The position numbers and the translations under genes are program-made. The notes under the pieces are model-generated. The model made no database searches. It was given only the letters and a program-made list of their open reading frames with translations, and was not told the DNA's origin. A DNA stretch of 63,980 nucleotides, filler included, from Folioceros fuciformis (lineage: Eukaryota), in assembly GCA_049999805.1 (NCBI GenBank). It is 7 parts of 7 records of this genome, joined end to end, with 100 filler letters (N's around TTAATTAATTAA, not from the genome) between each part and the next. Parts side by side here need not be neighbours in the genome. Positions count along the whole stretch, not along the records: positions 1 to 7,453 come from JBNGIO010001582.1; positions 7,554 to 20,278 come from JBNGIO010001583.1; 5 more parts are not named here. One strand, 5' to 3'. How positions within the stretch are numbered: the stretch's first letter is position 1; each line of letters opens with the position of its first letter. This document shows, piece after piece, positions 1 to 11,812 of the stretch.

Positions 1-682
1 CTTTATTAGAACATATGCCAATTAATGAAAGCACTTCAATATGTAGAATATTTAAGAGAATCAATTTAAATAAATGTTAATTTAAAATATTAAAATATGA
101 AATGAAAAACAAACTACAATGGTGTGGAATGGGTGATGTGAAATACCTTTGGAATTTTTATAACATAAAATATAGTTAAACGATCCGTCCTAGATGAAGC
201 GAAAGATGTCGCGGTGTGTTTCTTTCACGACGAAAGAGATCAAAAGACGTACTGGTTTTTTCTGTACCAAGATGTATGTACTGTATGTACCTCGTGTTTG
301 TCCTCGTCCACGGGAGGACCGTTAGCTTACGGCTTCTAGCAGGCCGGCAGTGGCGCTGAAAGATTGGAAAGCAGATAATAATTGTACACTTTTCCTGTAG
401 CAGTACCTAATATAGAAATTAGTGTGAGCGTGAAGATTGGTGGTATACAAAGCGAATATGTTAGTGGAGATCCGACACAATTCCATAGGCTTGTCGGTGC
501 CACCCCTGTAATGTCGGCATCGTTCCTGTTCTATTCCGGGTTCGCATTTTGCTCGAACGCGGAAACGTAGCTGTAGTTATGGTGCCCGCAGATGGTAACC
601 GATCTGGTTAGAAGGACGTGTTGGAAACCTGGCATTTTGAAATGTGAAGGAAATACGAATTGGTGCGCGCCAGAAGCAAGCC

Positions 683-3600
683 ATGGTGCTGTCGTGCTTT
701 GTGTTGGATGTGCAGTCGATGCTGCCTTCACTGCTGGGAGATCTGAAGCAGGTATGGATTTCCTGATGCATTTGAGGATCGGAGCTGGCGCTGGCCAGGG
801 ATCTGGAAGTCCGCTGTGTGGGCATTGTTTCAGTGCTTGCTCCATCTCGGGAACCTGTACGCTCTCCAGAGGGAACGCGACCCAGCGTTGCAGCGGAATG
901 GGATTTCCGTCTGCTGTGTTCACAGAGTTGCTGCTTCAGGCCGTTGTGAGGTTACGCTTGTGGTGGATGCGGATGGCAATCCTGAGTTCAATTTCAAGAC
1001 TGTGAAAGAAGTTTGGTAGTGTGCGGGGGGGAATTTGAGGTGTTTTGTTCGCGCGCAGTTGCGTATCGTCCATGCTGCCAAGAGACCTTTTGTGCTCAGA
1101 GACTTCCACCATGCATTGTCCAGCCTGTCCTGTGGCACAGCTGAGCGGCCGGTGGCTGCATCACTGCCTTCCGCGAATCAAGGCAAGGGAATTGGAGCCA
1201 GCCTCAACCGTTTGCGCCTTTGATGATTCTGGCAGTTCCTGGCTGTTCTGCAGCATGTGCGCTTTGTGGATCGTAGTTTCCGGCTGCCATGAGTAGCGCA
1301 ATGCTCGGTTTGCTGACAGTTCTATCTGTGGTTGAGGCAAGCAGTTTCAATCCTCTCTCAGCTGCTAAAAACCGAGGATGGTATGAGCTCTTGGAGCTGT
1401 CCGGACTCTTCGAAAAAGATTGTGATGATCAGCTGCTGTTTCACGGAGAGTTCATCATCCTTTCAACATACACTGCAGGTAGAGGCATGTGGAAAGTTTG
1501 GAGTCCAGGACATGAGGACTCCGAGGGATCTTTCTCCGTGGGAACATCATGACTCTTTTGGCCTCTGTAGGAAGGAGCGGATCGGTGTGTTTCATTCGAA
1601 TTTATTCACATTCAAGCTCCCGCCACCGAACAGCATCCGAAGGATATCCCCCAGTACAAAGTGGCTGATTTTGCACTGGCTGTTTCGGGCTTTGATAACT
1701 GTACCTGGCTATCTGTTGGATGTGGTCAGTTTCACACACTGCCTTCTGTGGCAATGCACATCTACACACCTGTCCAAGCTGACCAATTTGTCGCTTCCCT
1801 ATAGATCCTAGGACTCTATCGGGCCTTGTGAAACGCTGGTTCAACGACATCACTGTTGATAGTCGAGGACCCCTAGAAGTTGTTATGACATTCCCAAAGA
1901 TGAATGGGAGCACACTTGGACCAATCTTCTGCGCTGCTTATCCAGCAATCATTCCCCTTCACGATACCATTGATCCATGTCAGGTAAGAGAGAATGCAGC
2001 TCTAAATGCCACACTAGTTAGTACTCAGGTTTATCTCTGATGGATCATCATTTAGCCGGCCTTCGCGACCTGGATTTGTTTTGCTACCAGACTTGCAGGT
2101 GCCATGAGGCAGTTATTGGGACGACGGCAAGTGCAAGCTGCATCAAGAAACCCGTGTGTCCTATTACCGGCAGAAAGCTGGGACTTCACGATGTTGCGGA
2201 CAACTGCCTTACAATTGGCTCTCGTACAGTTTTGCACATGCCGTCCTTCAAGACTCCTCCGCCGCTGTCAACAGTGCTCCCCAGCAGTTTGAGCTTCAAC
2301 GTCATCCAGTATGTGAGACTGGACACATTGAGTGCAGGTACAATTTCTAACCACAATCCGAGTCCCACTGCTGTGCCGTTCGTCTGTGTGTCACACGAGA
2401 GGGTCCGGTCCGGTCACGTATTTTACTTTAGGGCCTCCAGATGCTGATTATGACTTGCCTGACGCATAATCCTCATGAAGGACTCCTTTTTGGGCTACCC
2501 CACATCTTAGTATCGTCTTCCGAATTTGATGTTGATTTTTATTCTGAAGAGGACGTTCTGGAGGTTAATGAGCAGAGTAAGTGCTGTTGAGACAAAAGTG
2601 CTTCTATCTGGTGTTGTAACGGGTCACTTGGTTTTCCACATTCCAATGGGAAGGAGATCTTTGGGCGTCGCAGCTCTTCTTGCTCTCTCCCAAGAACTCC
2701 ATTCTGCGGACCTCGGCCTCATTTGTACGTCGTATATTGACGTTAGCTCAAGAACAGTTACAGCATTTCCTTGCTTTTACGCACTGCTACCTTCAGAAAA
2801 CGGATCTTTACTGGCACAGGTACTCTGTCATGCCTTGAGTTGAGTTTGATTCTGGTGTAGGTGCACCGTGCTGTTGTGAGAGATGTACCGTGTTCTACTG
2901 GAACCTGTCTTTGTCCATCTGCATTGTTTCTGTAGCGAATAGCGGCTTCAGAAGAGTTACTTCCAGGACCTCAACCAGGATTCCGTGACTCAACTGTCCC
3001 CGGCCATATAACGAACTCAGTCGCGTCCTACTTCGCTAAGGTGAACCATCACGATGTTAACTGTTTGTCACTTGTCCACCGCGTCTACCTACAGATTGAA
3101 AACTGTTTAACTAAAGTAGTTAAACAGTAGTTCAACATGGTCAACCTCTTACTAAAGTAGTTACTAATAATTCTCCAGGAGACGAGCGTGCAGACGTCCT
3201 GCATGCAGTTCTGAAAAGCCGTTTCTCCATTTCTTCTGAACTCCCGGTCCGTCGCTTCCTTCCTTGGCTAACTCTGACACCGGATTTGCAGGTGAAATCG
3301 GACACCTATGAGCCATTAAGCCAAGAGCGAGGCTGCCACTCTACATTAGCAGGGCTGTTGAAAGAGAGCTTGCAAGTCCGGTACGCAAATTCAGTTATTT
3401 AGTAACCAATCTGGTTTTTGGAACAAGCACTGAAAAATGAGAAAAGCATAGCTCAAGTTTCGATCGAGTTCTAACGACAGCAGAGTGTGCTTTAGGGCGA
3501 GGGACTTCGTCATGGAGGCATCTTGCGCTCTAAATGATCAACTCGGCCCGCCAAATAAGAGAAGTTTCTTCCCTTTCTCAAGGCCTGTTACAAAGAGGGT

Positions 3601-4042
3601 GAGTCCGGCTGGGACACCCAGCCCAACCACCCCGAGGCTGGCCCCCAATCCTTTTAAAGCTCCCACCCAAATTCACAAACCTGAACTGTCACAAGGGAAG
3701 GACGACTCAGACTCAGACTCAGATTCGGAAGACCTCCTTCCCGATGACGTCTCGTTCCTTTCCAGGACCGCGTATGCCCTAAGAAGGTTAACCTGCGAGG
3801 CTTCTCAGGCTAAAGCAGGTGGCGTGGCCAATCCTGGTAGTCCGCAGGTCTGGGGACGGTCATCCTCCAGGAAACGACCTCCTCCGTCAACCAAGGGAAG
3901 ATTACTATGTACAACAGGGTCCGAAACAGGTCAATCCTCCGCAGAGCCTCGAGACTGGGATAATGAAGCGGCTGATCATGTGGTGCAAACACCTGGGAAG
4001 ACAAGACTGCGCAAAACCAAAAGAAGCAAAGTTGATAGTTGA
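683..4042 (+). CDS. Meiosis 1 arrest protein (M1AP)-like protein (plant Os01g0103900-type family), about 11 exons
   Basis: Manually spliced exons: 683-751 MVLSCFVLDVQSMLPSLLGDLKQ; 834-950 CLLHLGNLYAL; from 1059 LRDFHHALSSL; to about 1478 KKIVMISCCF; 1571-1724 EGADRCVSFEF; 1805-1983 GLVKRWF; 2091-2337 TCRCH..CPITG..FNVIQ; from 2481 GLLFGLPHIL; 2675-2819 FYALLPSENGSLLAQ; 2936-3040 RIAASEELLP; 3292-3380 YEPL..ESLQ; last exon to TAG at 4042. Motif order matches recalled plant family members and human M1AP. Confidence 0.8.
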
Positions 4043-4428
4043 GCAAATTTCTGTTGCAAACATTTAGATTCTGACTCTTGAAACGCTCAATCTCAGAGGC
4101 TAACCGGCGCTGGCGCTCCATTGGTTTGAAGGCATTATATGTTAGGCTGAGATCAGGATGCTCGAACTCGAGCGCTCTACGCTGACTGTGTCAGGCTCCC
4201 GACTAATCATATTGGGTGAAGGTGGAGGGATGGAAGGATGGTATATCGTTCTATGCTAGCTTACAGGTTGGCATTTCTGCAGTTGTATGGTACAATTGTA
4301 AACTGAGCAAAGCTCGTTGATGAATATGGAACCAGAAACATTGAAGAGCCTAGCACATGAGTTCAAATTATTTGAGACGACCTTGGAAGCAATCAGCCAG
4401 GAGGTGCTACTGGCTGGCCCCCATGAAG

Positions 4429-5172
4429 TCACACCCGCACCTCCACTTCCAGTGCGCTCTCCGCAATGGTGTCGAGCCCATACTGAAAATTCCGGCGGAG
4501 CTTCTTATTGGGTGAAATAAGAATGATGCGATCCCGAGGGCACTGATCCCAGCCGCCGGAAAGCCTTGCAGCAGGCTTGGAGGCTGCAGATCCCGAGAGC
4601 TTCCCGTTCTTCCCAATCGGCCTGTACCTTTCCAGCCTCCGCTGCACCACTTCATCCAGGTAAGGCCCGATGTGGTAGCCCGTCATGCTCATCTCAGCGG
4701 CGGGGGCGTGTAGGCCAGTGATGAGCAGTTTCATGGCCGCTCGCAGCAACGAGAGGCCCATCTTGGCCTTACTCCGGCAATGCACCCCCGCCCAGCAGGA
4801 CACTGACGAGATCCATCTCCCCGCATTCTCCAGGGATCGCTGCAGCCTGACCTTACGGGATCCCCCCAGCCTCACAGTCTTCATTCTGGGCCTTCTCCGC
4901 TTGGTCATCCTCAAGGGCTGCGTCTCTTCTTCAGGTGGGCTGGTAGGGAGAGGCCCTTCCTCGTTGGAGCTGCTTGCCTCCATTTTGCTCGACGGCCTGC
5001 GCGCAATTGGACACCTGAGCTTGGCTCTGATGCGCTTCACTCCCCGCCAAGACCGGCTGGGCCTCAATCCGATAGGCCGCGCCTTCGCCTTGGTGTGGAG
5101 CTGCAGGTGGAGCTGAAACTCGGACTCCTGGCCCTCCTGCTTAAGCTGGTCATATCCATATGAACTCGTCAT
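4429..5172 (-). CDS. Basic hypothetical protein (247 aa ORF); 5' structure uncertain
   Basis: Long ATG-initiated ORF with GYDQL...RRRPRMKTVRLGG, resembling small plant-specific basic proteins. A GTGAGT donor near 5198 hints at an upstream exon. Confidence 0.4.
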   Translation of the reverse strand: MTSSYGYDQLKQEGQESEFQLHLQLHTKAKARPIGLRPSRSWRGVKRIRAKLRCPIARRPSSKMEASSSNEEGPLPTSPPEEETQPLRMTKRRRPRMKTVRLGGSRKVRLQRSLENAGRWISSVSCWAGVHCRSKAKMGLSLLRAAMKLLITGLHAPAAEMSMTGYHIGPYLDEVVQRRLERYRPIGKNGKLSGSAASKPAARLSGGWDQCPRDRIILISPNKKLRRNFQYGLDTIAESALEVEVRV

Positions 5173-7001
5173 TGAGGTATTTCAGATCTCGCACTCACCC
5201 CTACTGTAGCTGTACAGTGGTGTTCTGTATCCTTCTGTGGCAGTTTATGGGGCCGGAACAGCCCTATGGGATGCTCCAGGGGTGGACAGTGTTGCAAACC
5301 CCGGCAGCCGGCGTACAAGCTGAATCCCACTCCAGGACTGTACGAGAGGGGGAGGCGGGATGTGTTAATATTGCGTACGAGGCCTGGAAATATCTTTCTC
5401 TCCTGACTTCGGAGTCCGGGGACAGGTGCAACAGATCACAGAAATACATGCAGCGCAGCCTCACTGGCGGCACAGCCTTTGGCGAATTCCCTCGAGCAAA
5501 GGGGAGGCCTTACGCCTTTGGAGTCCAGAGCGTGTCCTCTTGCTCTCGATTCTAGCATACCCAACCAACGAGAATATCCAGAGTCAGAGCCTACAGGTAT
5601 GGGCGTGAACCGAGGTGTGAACCGTTCCCCTGCCTACCAATGTCACACTGCTGCATCGGGCGACCCAAAATCCCCACATCCCTCAAACATCTCCAGCATC
5701 TCCCGTCGGATGACTCCTCCCGCCTTGTAGAACCTCATGAGAGTCATCAAATTTGGTATCCCGATTCCCCACGGATGCCCTGATTCACAGCATCCAGCCC
5801 TCACGTGGAGAAGCATATGATAGGCATGGGGTCCAGCTGATGCCTGAGACAGGTCACAACCTGGCCACAAGTTTTAACGGCGTGGTGTAAAGTGAGCCAG
5901 CTGCAGCTGCTTGCTTGCCATGCTCCGGATCCTCCAGGAGGCCAGAAGTCCAGGTTGGGTCGAGACAAGGCCAATGGACGCTGGCGCAATTGGCCTCTGA
6001 GCCAAATGTTGCCCGCTACTGACAGCCGCAACCCCTCTTTTGGCTGCGGAGGCCTGAAGCCGCAGAGTGGGGAAGAAAGTTCCTGAATGTTACATGGTAC
6101 ATGCACTGTTTGACACTGTCCACGGCTGCCACAGCCTGCCAGTGCTGAGCAAGACCCTCTTCCTTCCAGGATCTCTGTCCTTGAACACATGCGGGTGACA
6201 TAGTGCTGATGGCAGCAGCAGCAGCCAGCAGGACTGGGGGTAGGACATTGGGCACCAGTCTGGGCAAGCAGGTTCTGGCCATGGGCCAACTGGTACTGTA
6301 AAGATGCAACAGGAGAAGCCAGGCACATCATGGTACGCAACTAAAGAGTCCTGACTCATGCAGCGTCTGATGAACAGGTGTCTGTAGCCTGGCGTTGCAT
6401 CGTGGGCACTGGGGTCCGGGCGCCTGGCGACGATGGACTGTGGCAGCGGGACAAACGGACAGGCCCCGGCCACCAACCTAGGACAGTGCTAAAGCGAGTG
6501 TGGCCAGGTGAGGGCCCAGCTGAATGCTTTCTGCGCACCTTTTGGAGCCTTGTCCTGACCCTTGACCCTGATCGAGTTGGGTGGGTGGCCAAGTTCCTGC
6601 TTCCACCTTTGATAATGCTGCCTTGCTTTCGCTTTTACCAGCTTTGGGGAACTTGAACTCGCCATGTGTGGGGATTGACAGTCCCTTGGAACTCGATTTC
6701 TGCTCTGGTCGGTGCACCGCAACCGGGTCCGTGAGCTAGATTGGCTGATGCAGAACGTTCGAGATGCCACCGGGCTCGACCTCCAACCATGAGTTTGGAG
6801 AGATGCTTTCAAAGGTTCTCCTGGACGTGCGACGACCCCGATGTGGGATTTGGAAGCCGTGTGCGATCACGGCGCCGGGTGTCGTTTCCGTTCAATGTGG
6901 CCATCAAGACAATGCACCAGATTCCTAGCTGGGATTCCTGAGACACTGGCAGGGAATTCACGGCTACGGAATTCGAAAGAGCTTGAAGCCGAAAAACTAA
7001 T

Positions 7002-7048
7002 AACCCATATTGCTTGGGTAAACCCCGAGGCCCTTTGCGTGGTATAAG
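7002..7048 (+). promoter_or_regulatory. snRNA promoter: USE-like element plus TATA box with Pol II-type spacing
   Basis: AACCCATATTG (7002-7012; angiosperm USE consensus RTCCCACATCG) at about -72 and TATAAG (7043-7048) at about -31 from the U4 start. Confidence 0.7.
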
Positions 7049-7073
7049 ACCAGGACGACTGATTTAAGTAATT

Positions 7074-7217
7074 ATCTTTGCGCTTGGGGCAATGACGCAG
7101 TTAGTGAGGTCTAACCGAGACGCGTCAATTGCTGGTTGAAAACTTTTTCCAAACCCCCTCTTGGGCCTTCCGGGGCCCCTGAGAATTTTTGGAAGGTCGG
7201 CCCTCCAGGGTAGGCCT
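7074..7217 (+). ncRNA. U4: U4 spliceosomal snRNA
   Basis: ATCTTTGCGCTTGGGGCAATGACGCAG...TGAGG...CCGAG.CGCGTC.ATTGCTGGTTGAAAAC matches the plant U4 5' domain. Sm site AATTTTTGG lies between two 3' hairpins. USE and TATA upstream. Confidence 0.95.
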
Positions 7218-7453
7218 CACGACGAAATGTATAACGGATTTTGACCAATGCTGGCTGGCGGAGATCTCTAGTACTACCTGATTCAGTCTACATACATCGC
7301 CTGGAACTTGTAACGCGTCAAGGATCATGGGCCTGAGACGCCGTGAAACATATCTGATCCAACGTCTTGGGAGTACAGACGTGGGTGAAATGGGGTTTTC
7401 CCAATTAAGAAACTAACATCCTGGTCCGAAGCTCTTGCGCTTCAGTCTCCAGG

Positions 7454-7553
7454 NNNNNNNNNNNNNNNNNNNNNNNNNNNNNNNNNNNNNNNNNNNNTTA
7501 ATTAATTAANNNNNNNNNNNNNNNNNNNNNNNNNNNNNNNNNNNNNNNNNNNN
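7454..7553. other. Assembly gap linker N44-TTAATTAATTAA-N44 (also at 20279-20378, 41981-42080, 53120-53219, 56645-56744, 61938-62037)
   Basis: Six identical 100-bp spacers with stops in all six frames. Confidence 0.98.
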
Positions 7554-7704
7554 GGTCGGGTCGGGTCGGCTAGGCTCGGTTCGGCTCGGCTCGGCTCGGC
7601 TCGGTTTTGGGGGTGGTTTTCCCCTCTCTCTCTCTCTCTCTTTCTCCCTCTTCTCTCCTCTTGGTGTTGGTGTTGGTGTTAGTGTTAGTGTTGGTATTGG
7701 TGTT
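7554..7704. repeat. Compound microsatellite (GGTCG/GGCTC)n, (CT)n, (GTTGGT/GTTAGT)n
   Basis: Directly visible at the contig edge. Confidence 0.9.
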
Positions 7705-9813
7705 AAGCCGCTGCAGCACAAACTGACAGGCCAGGCCAGGCCGCCCCCATGGGAAATGGGGCCATGGGCCATGGGGGCCGACATCGGAATGCTCAATCAT
7801 GCATGCTCCCTTGCCTTCCCTTTTCCTTCACGCTCGTCAACGACCCGCCTTCCCACCACCACCTCGCCATATCAAGTTTCACCACTTACAAAAAGAAAAA
7901 AAAAGCATATGCCGTTATTACGTTACACATTCTGCTCCTGGCATGCCCATACTTGGAGTGCTTGGCTTCCATGTATAATAAGTCAAAAACAGCCCAATAT
8001 TCCAAGGTCAACATGTTTGTCTTGTGAGTGAGGTGAAACACTATCCAGGTTCCATTAAATATTTTTTAAACTTTTTACTCTTATTTTAGCTATATATTAT
8101 TTATTTTCATATTCTTTTTTTTCTTGTTTTCTTTTCTTTCAAGAAGAGTACAGATATAATATTCTGGAAAATAAATTAATATTTATCACCACAAACATAA
8201 CTTCACATCACTTTACTTCACTTGGCTTGGCTAAGGTACAATGTAAGTAAGTAAATAGGTATTTTAAAATTGGGATCCCATCATTCGAAAACCGACAAAC
8301 TACTTCAAGAAGTGGTTGTACACAGACACATACATTAATGTTAAAAAAAAAAAGAAATGAAGAAAACCAATGCATGAATTGCCCACGATAATCATGTGTT
8401 GGTGGTGCTTGCGAGTTTCAAAGAAAGAGACAATGATATGGGGATTTGCTGGCTGCTTGCTCTCACTCTTAGAACATGGGATGGTTGTTAGTCTCTTTGC
8501 TGAAGGTTGGTTGTGGTGTGTGTGAAGATGTTAGATTTATGAGAGAGATCCCTTGGAATATGTACTTGGGTGAGTGCATATACTGATTGTTTACACATTA
8601 TATATAATCTGGAAAAAAAAGGGTCATATGATTGAAAGTGAAAGGGAAAATCCATAATGGTAAAAAGAAAAAAATAGAGTAGAAGAAACTGGGGTAAGTA
8701 CTATGAGTACCTTAGCTAAGGTAAGGTAAGAATGGGTGCCAAACGTGTTACAGTGTTTTGAAAAAGATGTAGATGGCATTTGCATATGGGGGCAGGTACG
8801 TGAATGAGTAAAGTACGGCGGGTAGAATTTTACAGTTGACGGCGATGATTCGTGTGCTGTGCAGTGCAGTGCAGTGCAGTGCAGACAGAGGATACCCAGT
8901 GTGAATTTGTTGGGCTCTCTCAGAGGTCCGAGTCAGACAAGTTTGGGTGGCTTGGCGCACAGAGGTCCGACCGAGGTCGCAGGTGCGAGATCCGAGCAAG
9001 AGCGGGCTGGGGCTTGCAAGGGTCAGAGGCTCAGAGGCTCACATCTCTCAGAGGCTCATCAGAGAGAGGAGGGACAGGTGCAGAAGGAAGCAGGAGTCGA
9101 GAGAGGCCTGGGCGGCCAGGCACCTGCATTCATGGGAGAGGTGCAAGTGTCAACTGGAGTAGCTCCCGAGACAGGACCCACAGCATTTAAGGAGCCACCT
9201 CAAATCCTTAACAAGAAATGGCATCTTCAGATTCTTGATTAAAGAAAATCAGACAGGAATGAATGCACGCTATGGCATGCTGGGCTTATCACATGTGTAG
9301 CCGCTATTGAGCAGGCATGGGATCTGGCGCGACCCATATTGCATTTATAAATCCCCTTCCTCCGCTCGCCCTTCTGTACACCCGTCATTTAAGGTTAGGT
9401 GGGATGCGCGGCATGCCGGCCCAGGAGCCATTAACGCCCACATCGCACACGCCGGGGTTCGGTCGCCTCGCCTCCGCCTTCACTTCTCTGCTTTCCTTTA
9501 CTTTCCGCTCGGGCCCCGGCCCCAACGGAGCGCGGCGCGGGCCCTTCAACCGCCACACAGACCTGGGAGGGGGAGGGAACGAACGCAGGCCCCTCCCTTC
9601 CTGCTACTACTCACTTCCACACCACACCACACCTCGCTCCAGCTCCAGCTCCAGCTCCAGCTCCAAGCAACACGTCCTTCTTTCACCACATCGCTTCCTA
9701 TCCAACACATGCATACGTACGTACATACATACACCTCCTCTGCTGGATCCAATCAAGTTTATTAAAACCGTTACAAGGCTACATCTCGCCGCTTGTCGCG
9801 CTACTGCCTCTAT

Positions 9814-11812
9814 CTACATCATGAATGTTGCCTCCCCGCTGTGCCCCTCCTGCCATCCGGAGATTAGCTTGAACTTGCAAACGGGGCACGTAGCCTGCTG
9901 CTTCAGCCACTGATCAATGCAGCTGGCGTGGAACTGCAACACAACACACACACACACACACAAACACACACGGAACGCCTTGTCAGCCAACCTCGCCCGT
10001 GCCTCCATCACAATACATACATATGTTTCAGGCCCTAGCTCCTCACCTGATGCAAGCACGGTAAGCTGCGAACCATTTCGCCGTCCACAACTTGCTCTAA
10101 ACACACACTACAAGTCAGCTCCTCGTCCGGAGCTGTTTTTTGGATTTCCGAGGTTCCCACCTCCCTCTTCTGATACATGGAAACAAGGACGACTTTTTAA
10201 CGCCACGCACAAGAATCTTCTTCCTTCCCACCCAACAAAAAAAAAACAAAACAAAACAACACTCCACTGGAATTGGATACGGCAAACAACAAAAAACGCA
10301 CCGAGGACATGTCCGAAGAGGAGACCATACCCACAGCTGGCATCGCAGATGCTGGGTCACTGCACAACATGCGACATCAGGTCAGCGACCAAAGGCATCA
10401 TTCCGTCACCTGGAGGGATAGACCGCACCATCGGATGTCTTGCCTGAGTTCACCGCTAGCAGTAGCGTCATAGCTGGATGAAGACTTGTACTTGTGCATC
10501 GGAAGGCAATTGATTTCTGCCTCGTTTAAGGCATCCACACCGGGTAAGTTGTCCCCATCCAGTGCCCGCAGTGTATCATAATCTACACAAAAAACATCAA
10601 ACGCTTGGATGGCTTGTCCACATAAACGTCCAAAATCCCAACCAACCCATGAAACTCATGCAGTACGTGGCAAACACACCCAGATCATCAAACTCGCGAT
10701 CCAACAGAGCAAGCTGAAGCCGGAGCCCTTGCAGCCGACCACGCGTTGCAAATGCGATGGAAGGCGGCATGCGCACACGCAACTCAGTGTGGCCCACCAA
10801 TCCACCAGATCCGCCTGTGGCTGCGGCTGCTGCATGAGCGTGGACATGAGCATGGGCTTGCGCTTGGAGCTGCTGACACATTGCATACATTCTAATACTT
10901 GTGGCCATCAAAAACACCCCAATACCGAGCCATAACTGCAACACAACCACAGTGGACAACAAACCCACAACGTCAGCATGAGCAGCCGCCCCTGCACATG
11001 GCCTGATCTCATCTTGCCACAACCAAGGGATTACAGCCTTCATCACATGCAACAACACATTCACGTTCTTTATGACAGACAAAAATTAATGTCAAAATAA
11101 GAGCACAGCAACCTTGTCTGCATGCCCTGCTGAGAAATTGCATTCACAATACATCTCAAACTGCATCTACAGCCCAAGTCCTGATAAAATCACCAGAAAG
11201 TTGGATGACCACTGCTGTGAGTTCAGAAGCATGAAGAGCAGCAATACTGCATTGACACAACATCGGAGAATGAGCATGTACACTTGTGCTCTCATGCAAA
11301 GAGCTGCCAATCCTCTCAGCACTGAAAAACAAATTCTGTGCCCCCTCTGGAGTACTAGTAGCAGGAAAGGAAAAACATGTCACACTTGTGCCAAGGGCAT
11401 TGAACAAGACAAACATGTGAAAAAGACGGCCATGGGATTAGCATTGATGGTTCGTCCTGCTCCATGAAATCTCTGCAAAGGCCATTAACTGGGTCAGGAA
11501 TCTAATCCTTGGCACGTGAGGCTTCAAACGCACAGAATCCTTTCCTACGTGTCCCACAAAACTCCGATAGAGACCAACAATACGCAACCTGCTATTGAAA
11601 AGATTCGGACATTGCCAAACAAAGATAGAGCTCAGCATGGCTCCTTCTCCCATCTTGTAACCACACGCACCTTACACAGCACTCTAGTTCCTACAATTTT
11701 GCTGAAGGGTAGGGTTAGAGCACACTACACTTCTTCGCTCAGGCAGGAAGTTCGAAATGGGCTGAAAACCACTCTCCAGGTCACCTCTTGATCCCCGAAA
11801 CACAAAACTCAT
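9814..11812 (-). CDS. SDIR1: SDIR1-like RING-H2 E3 ubiquitin ligase, multi-exon
   Basis: N-terminus MSFVFRGSRGDLESGF; LWLGIGVFLMATSIRMYAMCQQLQAQA; RGRLQGLRLQLALLDREFDDL; RING ELTCSVCLEQV..LPCLHQ/FHASCIDQWLKQQATCPVCK. Confidence 0.95.

Noticed and set aside
9331-9351. GACCCATATTG (same core as the U4 USE) followed by TTTATAAAT
   Set aside because: The spacing of about 2-3 bp fits neither Pol II nor Pol III snRNA promoters, and no recognisable RNA follows.
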